From Longimicrobiales bacterium (GTDB lineage Bacteria; Gemmatimonadota; Gemmatimonadetes; Longimicrobiales; Gaopeijiaceae), in contig CBDFIQ010000002.1 of the NCBI GenBank assembly GCA_965248195.1, positions 2,848,001-2,912,000 on the forward strand: 64,000 nt of DNA, given 5' to 3'. A model generated the notes under the pieces. That model made no database searches. It was not told the DNA's origin and saw only the letters and a program-made list of their open reading frames with translations. The position numbers and the translations under genes are program-made. Shown one piece after another: positions 1-9,000 of this stretch (positions within the stretch are counted from its first letter, which is position 1; every line of letters begins with the position of its first letter).

Positions 1-1
1 C

Positions 2-439
2 CTCTTCCTAACCCTGCGGATCGCGTTGACTGCCTTGGTTCTCCAGCTCTTCACGATGCTCCTTTCCGCGGAGATCGCCTATCGGGAGCTCTTCCGAGCG
101 TCGCTTTGGGGATTCGGCGCAGTGATGTACGGCATGTTCGTGCAAACGGTGAGGCTCGATCTGATGGGGCCCGATCTCACGATAGCGGATCTCACCGTGG
201 TCCCTGACTCACTCGCCGCCCTGATCTTGAACCCGGCACCTACCCTCACGATAGGATACAATGCACTGAGCCTTCTTAATCTTCACGGTCTCCTGTGGAT
301 CGGCATCATCTTCACGTACTTCCGCTTTGAATGCCGCTTCACCCCTCGTCGCGCCCTACTCGTCCCCCTGGCCGGTTGGGCCACGATTTCGCTCGCACAA
401 CTGGGGCTCCAGGCCTTCACAGCCCAGATCCTGGGTTGA
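2..439 (+). CDS. Membrane protein C-terminal part (Yip1-like), truncated by window start
   Basis: Frame is open from position 2; several hydrophobic helices; TGA ends at 439. Confidence 0.5.
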   Translation, partial: LFLTLRIALTALVLQLFTMLLSAEIAYRELFRASLWGFGAVMYGMFVQTVRLDLMGPDLTIADLTVVPDSLAALILNPAPTLTIGYNALSLLNLHGLLWIGIIFTYFRFECRFTPRRALLVPLAGWATISLAQLGLQAFTAQILG

Positions 440-574
440 GCGGAGGGTTACACTCATGATGTTGGCGGTGCGGGCCGGCCTCCACGGAGACGTGACGCCG
501 GAGGATCTGGCGGGTCAGTTGGGCACGCCCTCCCTCAACTCCTCGCCATCCGCCCCCACTAACCCACTCACGTC

Positions 575-2098
575 CTACAGCGTCTTGAGATACTCAATGA
601 GTGCCCGCCGATTCTCGTCCGTGCGGATGAGCGACCAGTAGTCATGACCAGCGCTCGAGCTGCCCGGGCGTGCTGTGTTGAACCAGTCGCGATCATTCCC
701 GTACCGGCGAAGAAGCTCGACCTCTTCGAGCCGCCCGTCTTCCTGTCGGCGGTAAAGCGGCTGGCCGATGCGCTCGCGATCGAGCGTTCGTGCCGCCATG
801 ACTTCGAAAATCCGTGGTCGCTCCGACATGGGTCCCAGCAGGTGATGGAGGGTGGGTACACTTCCGTTGTGCAGGTAAGGGAAGTTGGCCCACACGCCTG
901 TGAGCGGCGTCGCCGCATACCCGCGACTTCTGCTGAGCTCGCCCTCCCTCGCCAGCGGGCTTTGCTCGAAGGCCTCGATGAACTGCCCTGAGACGAGCTC
1001 GAGTCGCGCAGGATCGGTACCCACATCCGAATGCACGCCGGGCCACAAGACATTGCCCTGCCCATCATATAAGCCGTGGCACTCCGAGCAGCCGATTTCG
1101 CGTGAGTTGAACAGCGCACGGCCCCGTTCCGCCAGAACCCGGTCGATGTCGTACGGGTAGGGCGGCGGCCTCAAATCGCCAATGACCGACTCGAACTCCT
1201 GCTTGATGCGCGGGATGACGACGTCGACCAGGGCGTCGAACCCTCGGTCCTTTTCCAACTCCATCGATGACGCCATCAACGGATAGCGACCATGGAAGCT
1301 CCCGTCGCTGTACCAGCGTTCGATCGGCATCTTCGCTGCCGTGTGCCAGAGCGGCGGCGTCTTGACGTCACCGCGGCCGACGTCGTCCACTGAAGGCATC
1401 CGGTTGCCATTGCTCCGCATGAACAGTTCGACATGCGAGGCCGAGAACGCGGTGGATCTCCCCCGGGTCTTTGAGTCGATCTTGTCGTGATGATGGCTAT
1501 TCAGGATCCTGTTGGCGTCGGCCGCGACGTCGTACTCAGGCGTGCCCCGCAGCCGCCCGCGCCACGCCCGGCTCGTCAATCGCTTCAGTGACTCGCCCAA
1601 CCACAAGTCGTCGAATGTCTTTGCGCCTGCCCCAAAATAGGCAACGCCATCGATTTCAGCGGTGTGACACACCAAGCAGTTCACCGTCCACATGAGGGGC
1701 TGGCCGGATCCGGCGTTTGGCGCCATGCCGAACGCCGGCACGAGCGGGTTGTCGGGCCAAAGCACAAGACCGACGTTGTCGCGGATGATGGCGTCGACAT
1801 CGCCCACCACGGCCTGTGTGATCACGTTGCTGTCGAATAGCGACTGGGGGATCCAGGCCGTTGCGTCGTACGTCTCATACATAAAGCTGGAGAGTAACTT
1901 CAGACGCTCCTCCTTCGGGCGAGGATCGGTCGGGTCCCAGTTGATTACGAGGTTGCGGATCGCGCTTTCGAAGGTCATGGAAAGCGCCTCTTCGGACATG
2001 GCCGTGGCTGCCTTCTCGTCCTGCGGCGCACAAAACGCGATGACCACGAGCGAAGTTACGGCGGCGAAACACAACGATTGATGAGCCACCTTGGTCAT
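575..2098 (-). CDS. Exported dihaem c-type cytochrome, RoxA/MauG-like
   Basis: CLVCH and CSECH haem motifs, PYLHNGSVPTL motif, hydrophobic N-terminus; GGAGGAG RBS before ATG at 2098. Confidence 0.75.
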   Translation of the reverse strand: MTKVAHQSLCFAAVTSLVVIAFCAPQDEKAATAMSEEALSMTFESAIRNLVINWDPTDPRPKEERLKLLSSFMYETYDATAWIPQSLFDSNVITQAVVGDVDAIIRDNVGLVLWPDNPLVPAFGMAPNAGSGQPLMWTVNCLVCHTAEIDGVAYFGAGAKTFDDLWLGESLKRLTSRAWRGRLRGTPEYDVAADANRILNSHHHDKIDSKTRGRSTAFSASHVELFMRSNGNRMPSVDDVGRGDVKTPPLWHTAAKMPIERWYSDGSFHGRYPLMASSMELEKDRGFDALVDVVIPRIKQEFESVIGDLRPPPYPYDIDRVLAERGRALFNSREIGCSECHGLYDGQGNVLWPGVHSDVGTDPARLELVSGQFIEAFEQSPLAREGELSRSRGYAATPLTGVWANFPYLHNGSVPTLHHLLGPMSERPRIFEVMAARTLDRERIGQPLYRRQEDGRLEEVELLRRYGNDRDWFNTARPGSSSAGHDYWSLIRTDENRRALIEYLKTL

Positions 2099-2164
2099 TT
2101 GATCTCCTCCCAGGACAGTGTGGGTGTCGACTGGAAAGATGCGCTTCCTCAAATCACGGCAGCA

Positions 2165-2203
2165 TACGTCGAATTACGTAGTAGATGATTGAAGAATACG
2201 TAG
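2165..2203. promoter_or_regulatory. Triple TACGTAG-like operator (copy 1)
   Basis: TACGTCG at 2165, TACGTAG at 2175 and 2197; same 10/22-bp spacing as the copy at 4277-4315. Confidence 0.6.
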
Positions 2204-2226
2204 CCGGCGGCCGTGTAAGAGAGCAG

Positions 2227-2820
2227 TCACAGGGTGGCGCGAAGCGCCAGAGCGAGCGCCACGAGGACACTCATGAGCACCGAGCCCGACCACAGCGCGC
2301 TCACCGGCCCACGCGGCGCCGCGGCCGGCCTGCCTCGCCTGCGTTCGAGCTCGAGCTCGAGACTCTCGAGTCCGCGCGCCATCGCCCAGCGATGGTTCAG
2401 TGCGAACACGGGCTTCAAGAGGATGGAGAGATACCGCAACAGCGGCTTATGGGCGTGGATCGTCCACTCGTACTTCACCTCGGTCGTGTTGCCGTCCTGC
2501 GCGAACGTCCACACGCCGGTCCCCACGAAGTCTCCGCTCGCTTCGATGGACAGGCGCGAGGGCGCTTCGTACTCGACGACAAGCAACTCCCAGCGCAGGC
2601 GGTAGGGCAGCCAGCCTTGTGTGTGAAGCAACGCCCTCTTGCCGACGCCACCCGGCCCAGGCGGCGGCGTGATCTCCTGCACGTCGCGGTAGACGGACGG
2701 CCACCAACGCGTCAGGCTCTTGGAGTCCGTGAGCACTTCGAAGACCTCTTCACACGGGGCTTCCACCCGCCAATACGTCACGAAGTGATACTCGTGGCTA
2801 GGTCGGCGGACGCCTCTCAT
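2227..2820 (-). CDS. SRPBCC/START-fold (polyketide cyclase-like) protein with C-terminal TM helix
   Basis: YHFVTYWRVEAPCEEVFEVL..RWWP and ASGDFVGTGVWTF patterns; start taken at the ATG at 2820 because the upstream extension overlaps the next gene. Confidence 0.7.
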   Translation of the reverse strand: MRGVRRPSHEYHFVTYWRVEAPCEEVFEVLTDSKSLTRWWPSVYRDVQEITPPPGPGGVGKRALLHTQGWLPYRLRWELLVVEYEAPSRLSIEASGDFVGTGVWTFAQDGNTTEVKYEWTIHAHKPLLRYLSILLKPVFALNHRWAMARGLESLELELERRRGRPAAAPRGPVSALWSGSVLMSVLVALALALRATL

Positions 2821-2852
2821 TCGCAAACGACGTGGCGCCGCGGCGGCGCGCA

Positions 2853-3272
2853 TCAGATCAGACCTCGATGGTACGCCGCGAACACCCACTGAAAGGCGGC
2901 CACGACGCAATGAAAGACGATCGGAATGGTCCCGCCCAGCCACCGTTGGTCCGGTCGGCGCGTCATGCGTACGACGTAACGGACAACCATAGCGCCGAAG
3001 TAGAGGTAGCTCCACCAGAGAACCACCAACCCCAACCCCGGGTGCGGTTGAATCCAGAACCCGGCGCCGCGGGAGAAGTCTAGGGAGATCGAGGCCATCA
3101 GCCCCAGCACGACTGCCTGCGCGGCGACGAGCAGGGGATACGGCACGAGGCCGGACTGCCATTGCCCCATCGGCGGCAAGAACCTCGGCGCGTAGAAGAA
3201 GACGATCAGCTGACCGACGACCCGACCAAACAACAACACGGTGAGCGCCCACAAGATTGGTCCGTAGGTCAC
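2853..3272 (-). CDS. Small multi-pass membrane protein, unknown function
   Basis: About four hydrophobic segments; GGAGG RBS before GTG start. Confidence 0.6.
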   Translation of the reverse strand: MTYGPILWALTVLLFGRVVGQLIVFFYAPRFLPPMGQWQSGLVPYPLLVAAQAVVLGLMASISLDFSRGAGFWIQPHPGLGLVVLWWSYLYFGAMVVRYVVRMTRRPDQRWLGGTIPIVFHCVVAAFQWVFAAYHRGLI

Positions 3273-3350
3273 GAGGGTGCCTCCTCCCTTGTCGTCAACG
3301 TGCAGTTGCCGCTAAACGACGATCCGGAATGCAAAAACGGCGGATGCGGG

Positions 3351-4208
3351 TCATTCGCAAGCGGCGTGGCGCCGAGGCCTTCGAGGCCCGACCCTTCGGC
3401 AGCCCAGCCCCCCCGCCGCCTCCCTCTCGAGCCTCTGCTCCAATTCCTCCTTCACCTCGAGCGCCTCGTCCCACACACCTTGCTCCATAGGAGATACGAC
3501 CGGCAGTCGAAAGACGTGCTCCAGCTCTTGCAGAGCGAGCCCATCCCGGTCGGTATCTGCATATAGGGCAGCGAGTTGGAGGTGGTGGCCCGAGACTTCC
3601 GGGGCCTGCTGTTCCGCGAAGCCAAGATGTTCTTCCGCCGCCTCCCACGTCGCCTTCTTGAGCTCCCCTCCGCCCAGAAGATTTTGGGCTATCCACCGGG
3701 TGAACCAGCTCGACCGGCGCACGCCCGCGTAGAGTCGTCCCAGCAAGTGTCGGCCTCGCGCGTGTTGGGGATCGAGCTCGAGAATCACCTCGACCTCTCG
3801 CTGGAATTCCACGGCCGTGTGCACTTTGGTCCGACCGCCCTCGATGTCGGCTCGGCTCGCGAGTACAACGGCAAGCGCGAACCGCCGTCCGACATCGTCC
3901 GCGTGGCCTTCGCTAGCCGCACGAGCATGGCCCTCGGCCCGTTTGAGGAACTCTTTCCTTCGATCCTCCTCATTTGTTGTCTGAGACGCCTCGACGAGCA
4001 TCCATACAGAGTCGGGCACGCCGTCGACCACCCATGTGGGGCGCTCATCTGGACTGATTGGGACCGTTTCTTGAGCAGAGAGCGGTCTACAGGCGGGAAC
4101 CAACATGAGGATCGCACCGAGTGCGGTCCTATTCAATCGCCCTATCGTTCCGCCCAATCGCACACCCGCTCGTGGTACGGGTTCGAGAAAAGGTTGTCCG
4201 GATCGCAT
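3351..4208 (-). CDS. Exported TPR-like helical protein (true start probably slightly downstream)
   Basis: Signal-like segment ending LSAQ; ILELDPQHARGRHLLGRLY TPR-like pattern. Confidence 0.6.
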   Translation of the reverse strand: MRSGQPFLEPVPRAGVRLGGTIGRLNRTALGAILMLVPACRPLSAQETVPISPDERPTWVVDGVPDSVWMLVEASQTTNEEDRRKEFLKRAEGHARAASEGHADDVGRRFALAVVLASRADIEGGRTKVHTAVEFQREVEVILELDPQHARGRHLLGRLYAGVRRSSWFTRWIAQNLLGGGELKKATWEAAEEHLGFAEQQAPEVSGHHLQLAALYADTDRDGLALQELEHVFRLPVVSPMEQGVWDEALEVKEELEQRLEREAAGGLGCRRVGPRRPRRHAACE

Positions 4209-4276
4209 TTTGGTCTCCCCTCTCCATTACGGCTCGAGTGTACGGGGAAGATGCGTTCGGTCCGGTTTTGGCAGGA

Positions 4277-4315
4277 TACGTAGGATTACGTAGCAGAGGA
4301 GCGCAAAGTACGTAG
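4277..4315. promoter_or_regulatory. Triple TACGTAG operator (copy 2) in the divergent TPR gene/pfaD intergenic region
   Basis: TACGTAG at 4277, 4287 and 4309; the first pair forms a 7-2-7 inverted arrangement, TACGTAG-GA-TTACGTA. Confidence 0.6.
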
Positions 4316-4401
4316 CGGGATCAGTGACTCATCGCGTAGACGACCATGTTTGTAGGCGTCATTTAGCTCGACATCCGTGGCAAGCTTGCACACATTACCG
4401 G

Positions 4402-6048
4402 ATGTTGGGGAAGCCACTAATTAGATCCAGCACGCCGATCGGCTCGTGGACTGGGCCGCGGGAGCGCCTTCTCACGACCCCCCAAGAGTTTGCGCAGGGG
4501 CTCCGTCGTGTCGGAAAGCCCCTGTACGCCGTGGACCATGGAGACGCGTTCGCGCTCGCGGACAGCGGATCCGTTGAGCTGGGTGCAGATCCTCAGGTTC
4601 ACGGACTTTCCCTCCTCGCGCTGAGCCCCCCCTGCAGACCCCAGAATTTTGGATCCGCCAGCTTCGCCAGAGACCATGGCGTCCGTTTCTGTTATCTGGC
4701 CGGAGCCATGGCAAACGGCGTCGGCTCCGCGGAACTCGTCGAGGCGATGGGCCGTGCCGGCATGCTCGCCTTCTTTGGAGCCGCGGGTTTGGGGCCGGAT
4801 ACAGTCGAAGACGCCATCGACCGGATCTCCACTCGTTTGGGCGATCTCCCCTGGGGATTCAACCTGATTCACAGCCCATACGAGCCGCTGCTCGAGGACG
4901 CCGTCGCCGACCTTTACGTGCGCCGCGGAGTGACTCGGGTTTCGGCTTCCGCCTACATGGATCTGACGCTCCCGCTCGTGCGTTACCGGCTGCACGGCAT
5001 TCGTTCCGACGCCTCGGGGCGGGTCGTGACTCCGAATCGACTCGTCGCCAAGGTCTCCCGCGTCGAAGTTGCGCGTAGGTTTCTCGCCCCGGCTCCAGTC
5101 AAGATGTTGGCCGAGCTCGTGACCCGAGGAGACCTGTCGGAGGAGCAGGCGCGGATGGCCGAAGCCATCCCCGTCGCCCAGGATCTGACCGTCGAGGCGG
5201 ATTCCGGAGGCCATACGGACAATCGTCCCGCCATCGCCCTGCTTCCCACCATGCTGGCGCTGCGCGATCGAATCCAGGCCAAGTACGACTATTCGGTCCC
5301 CCTCCGGGTGGGGTGCGCTGGCGGAATATCGACGCCACATTCGGTGGCCGCAGCCTTCGCCATGGGAGCGGACTACGTCATGACCGGGTCGGTCAACCAG
5401 GCGTGCCGGGAGGCCGGAACGTCCGACGCGGTACGCCAGATGCTGGCTCAGGCGGAGCAAGCCGATGTCGCGATGGCCCCGGCAGCCGACATGTTCGAAA
5501 TGGGCGTACGGTTGCAGGTGCTCAAGCGTGGAACGATGTTTCCTATGCGGGCCCATCGTTTGTATGATTTATACCGGGCCCATAGCGGGCTTGAAGACAT
5601 ATCCGACGACGACCGGAAGAACCTCGAAGACACGATTTTCCGTAGGCCGTTGGAGGAGATCTGGAACGAGACACGACGTTTTTGGGAGCAGCGCGACGTC
5701 ACCCAGACGGAGAGGGCCGAGCGTGATCCGAAGCATCGGATGGCGCTGGTCTTTCGGTGGTACCTCGGGATGTCGTCCCGATGGGCCAACCGTGGCGAGC
5801 CGGGGCGGGAAATGGACTACCAAGTATGGTGTGGCCCGGCCATGGGAGCGTTCAACGAATGGGTTCGGGATAGTGATCTCGATCCCTGGGAGAATCGGCG
5901 TGCGGTCACAGTGGCGCACAACATGTTACATGGAGCTGCGGTCATCACTCGGGCCGCCGTTCTACGTAGCCAGGGGGTGGACCTTCCCGCCACATGCGTG
6001 GATGTCCTGCCCCGTGGTCCAGGCGAACTTGAGGAACTGCTGACTTGA
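4402..6048 (+). CDS. pfaD: PfaD-family enoyl reductase of PUFA synthase (start uncertain, 4324 or 4402)
   Basis: YLAGAMANG, EADSGGHTDNRP, APAADMFEMG, DYQVWCGPAMGAFNEWV motifs. Confidence 0.92.
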   Translation: MLGKPLIRSSTPIGSWTGPRERLLTTPQEFAQGLRRVGKPLYAVDHGDAFALADSGSVELGADPQVHGLSLLALSPPCRPQNFGSASFARDHGVRFCYLAGAMANGVGSAELVEAMGRAGMLAFFGAAGLGPDTVEDAIDRISTRLGDLPWGFNLIHSPYEPLLEDAVADLYVRRGVTRVSASAYMDLTLPLVRYRLHGIRSDASGRVVTPNRLVAKVSRVEVARRFLAPAPVKMLAELVTRGDLSEEQARMAEAIPVAQDLTVEADSGGHTDNRPAIALLPTMLALRDRIQAKYDYSVPLRVGCAGGISTPHSVAAAFAMGADYVMTGSVNQACREAGTSDAVRQMLAQAEQADVAMAPAADMFEMGVRLQVLKRGTMFPMRAHRLYDLYRAHSGLEDISDDDRKNLEDTIFRRPLEEIWNETRRFWEQRDVTQTERAERDPKHRMALVFRWYLGMSSRWANRGEPGREMDYQVWCGPAMGAFNEWVRDSDLDPWENRRAVTVAHNMLHGAAVITRAAVLRSQGVDLPATCVDVLPRGPGELEELLT

Positions 6049-9000
6049 GCGATCGGAATGAAGATCGGGCTGCGGCCCAGTCACCCATAGCCATCGTCGG
6101 CATGTCCTGCCTGTTCCCGGGTGCGAGTGGCCTGCGGGAGTACTGGGCTAACGTGCGGGACGGTTTCGACGCGATCACGGACGTTCCCGCGAGCCATTGG
6201 AGCGTGGGCGACTATTTCGACGCCGACCCCAGCGCCCCAGATATGACGTACGGGCGTCGCGGCGGGTTCCTCGACGCGGTCGACTTCGACCCGATGGGCT
6301 TCGGGATCTCACCGCGGGACCTCGAGGCCACCGACTCCACGCAGTTGCTCGGCATGCACGTCGCCCGAGAAGCGCTGAGGGATGCCGGCTACGGGGCCGA
6401 CGGCCTGGTTTTCGACCGTGAGCGCACGAGCGTGATCCTCGGTGTGAGCGGAACGCTTCCTCTGGTGATCCCTTTGGGGGCCCGCCTCGGCCACCCGATT
6501 TGGCGACGGGCTCTGGCTGAGGCAGGCGTCGATCCGGAGACCGGCGAGGACGTGATCGCTCGGATCGCAGACGGTTATGTGCCATGGCAGGAGAACTCCT
6601 TCCCCGGACTTCTGGCCAACGTGGTGGCCGGCCGAATCGCCAACACGCTCGATTTGCACGGAACCAACTGCATCGTCGACTCGGCGTGCGCCTCGTCATT
6701 GAGTGCCATCCATCTGGCATCCCTCGAGCTCGAAGCGGGTCGGGCCGACATGGTCCTGAGCGGTGGCTTGGACACCTTCAACGACATCTTCATGTACATG
6801 TGCTTCTCGAAGACGCCCGCGCTTTCGGCGTCGGGGAACGCACAGCCGTTCAGCCAGCAGGCGGACGGTACGATTCTCGGCGAAGGTGTGGGCGTCGTGG
6901 CGCTCAAGCGATTGGCGGACGCCGAGCGGGACGGTGATCGCATCTACGCGGTCATCAAGGGCCTCGGGTCGTCGAGCGACGGGAAGGGTCAGGCGGTCTA
7001 CGCGCCCTCTCCCGAAGGCCAAGCACGGGCGCTACGCGAGGCGTATCGAAATGCGGGCGTGACGCCGGACACGGTCGGGCTCGTCGAGGCCCACGGTACG
7101 GGCACCGTCGTGGGAGACGCCACCGAGGCACGGGGCCTTACCAGCGTCTATGGAGATACCAGCCGGGAGGGAGCGTGGTGCGCGTTGGGCTCGGTCAAGT
7201 CGATGATCGGACATACCAAAGCGGCCGCAGGAGCGGCCGGACTGATCAAGGCCGTGATGGCGCTCCACCACAAGATTCTCCCGCCCACGATCAAGGTCGA
7301 GATACCCAACAAAGCTGTGACGCCCGGGGAGACGCCCTTCTACGTCAATACCGAAAAGCGTCCATGGGTGCCCGAGGGCGGTCATCCTCGCCGGGCCGGA
7401 GTGAGTGCATTCGGCTTCGGCGGTAGCAACTTCCACTGCGTGGTCGAAGAGTACGAGTCGCGGGCAGCCGCTGTGGATTGGGACGGCCGGGATCAGATCT
7501 TCGCCTTCTCGGCCGAAAGCCGCGAGGCACTGGCGTCGAAACTGAAGGACTTCGATGCAGGATCGGAGTGGGCGGAGATCCGGGGGCGGGCGGCCGAAAC
7601 GAGGGAAGGCTTCGATGCTTCGCACGAAGCCCGGTTGCTCATTGTGGCCGAGCGGGACGGGAAGTCCCCGGCAGACCTCATCGCCCTGGCGCTGGTCCGG
7701 CTGGAGGAATCCCCGTCCGCGTGGAGTTTACCGCAGGGAATCTTTTTCGGGTCGGGTTCGTCCAAGGGCGGATGGGCCGCCTGTTTCCCCGGCCAGGGGG
7801 CCCAATACGTCGGCATGCTACGCGAGGTCGTGTGCCGTTTCCCCGTTGCCGCCGACGCCCTCGCCGCCGCAACCGAAGCCACGCCGGGGTTGGCCGACAA
7901 GATTTATCCACACCCCGCGTTCGACGATGATGGCAGAGCCGAACAGGAGGCCGATCTCAGGGCCACCCAGAGCGCGCAACCAGCCCTCGGCGCGGTGAGT
8001 CTGGGTGCTTTCCGCGTGCTCGAGCAGTTCGGAATCGCCCCCGATGCCACGTGCGGGCACAGCTACGGCGAATTGGTCGCGTTGTGCGCCGCGGGGCGCA
8101 TGAGCCCCTCGGAGCTGCACGGGCTTTCGAGCCTCCGGGGTCACCTCATGACCGTGGGCGACGGCGATCGCGGCTCGATGCTGGCCGTTTCTGCCGAGTG
8201 CGATCGAGTCCAAGCCCTCATCCGGAAGCACGAGCTCGATTTGGTGGTAGCGAATCATAACGCCCCGCGTCAGGTGGTCCTGTCGGGTGTGACCGACGAG
8301 ATTCATCGGGCAGCGGACATTCTGTCCGACGAGGGGATTCGGACCAAGAAGCTGGCCGTTTCGGCCGCCTTTCACAGCCCCTTGGTGGCCGAAGCCGCCG
8401 AACCGTTCACCGAACACGTCAAAGGCGTCAAGTTGACGAGAAGTGCGGTGCCGGTGTACGCGAACACGACCGGCACGAGGTACCCGGCCACTCCCGCTGG
8501 AGCACGGAAGGTGCTCTCCAGGCAGTTGGCCTCACCCGTGGACTTCGTGCGGTGCGTGAAGGCCATGTTCGACGACGGCGTCCGCACCTTCATCGAGGTC
8601 GGACCCAGCGGCCGGCTCTCCGGGCTCATCCGGGAGATCCTGGCCGACGAGGAGATCACGGTCGCGGCGGTGGACGCCTCGAGCGGACAGCGCCCGGGCC
8701 TGGTAGATCTGGCCCGCATGCTCGCTCAACTCGCCGCGGCCGGTCATGCGGTCGCCCTCGACCGGTGGGACGAAGGTGCCCTCGAGGCCTGGCGGCGCGA
8801 AGCAGCGCGAGAAAAACCCGCCCTGACGGTGAAGATCAGCGGAGCGAATCACGTGACTGAGCGCCCCAAGCGTCCCCCGAGGGCCGCGGCACCGACAGCC
8901 GTACCGACTGCGGCCGCGCCGGTTGCCTCCGCGCCTCCCGCTTTCGAGCCAGCTACCACGGTGACTTCCGACCCCGAGGTCCTTGCCGAAGCGATGCGAG

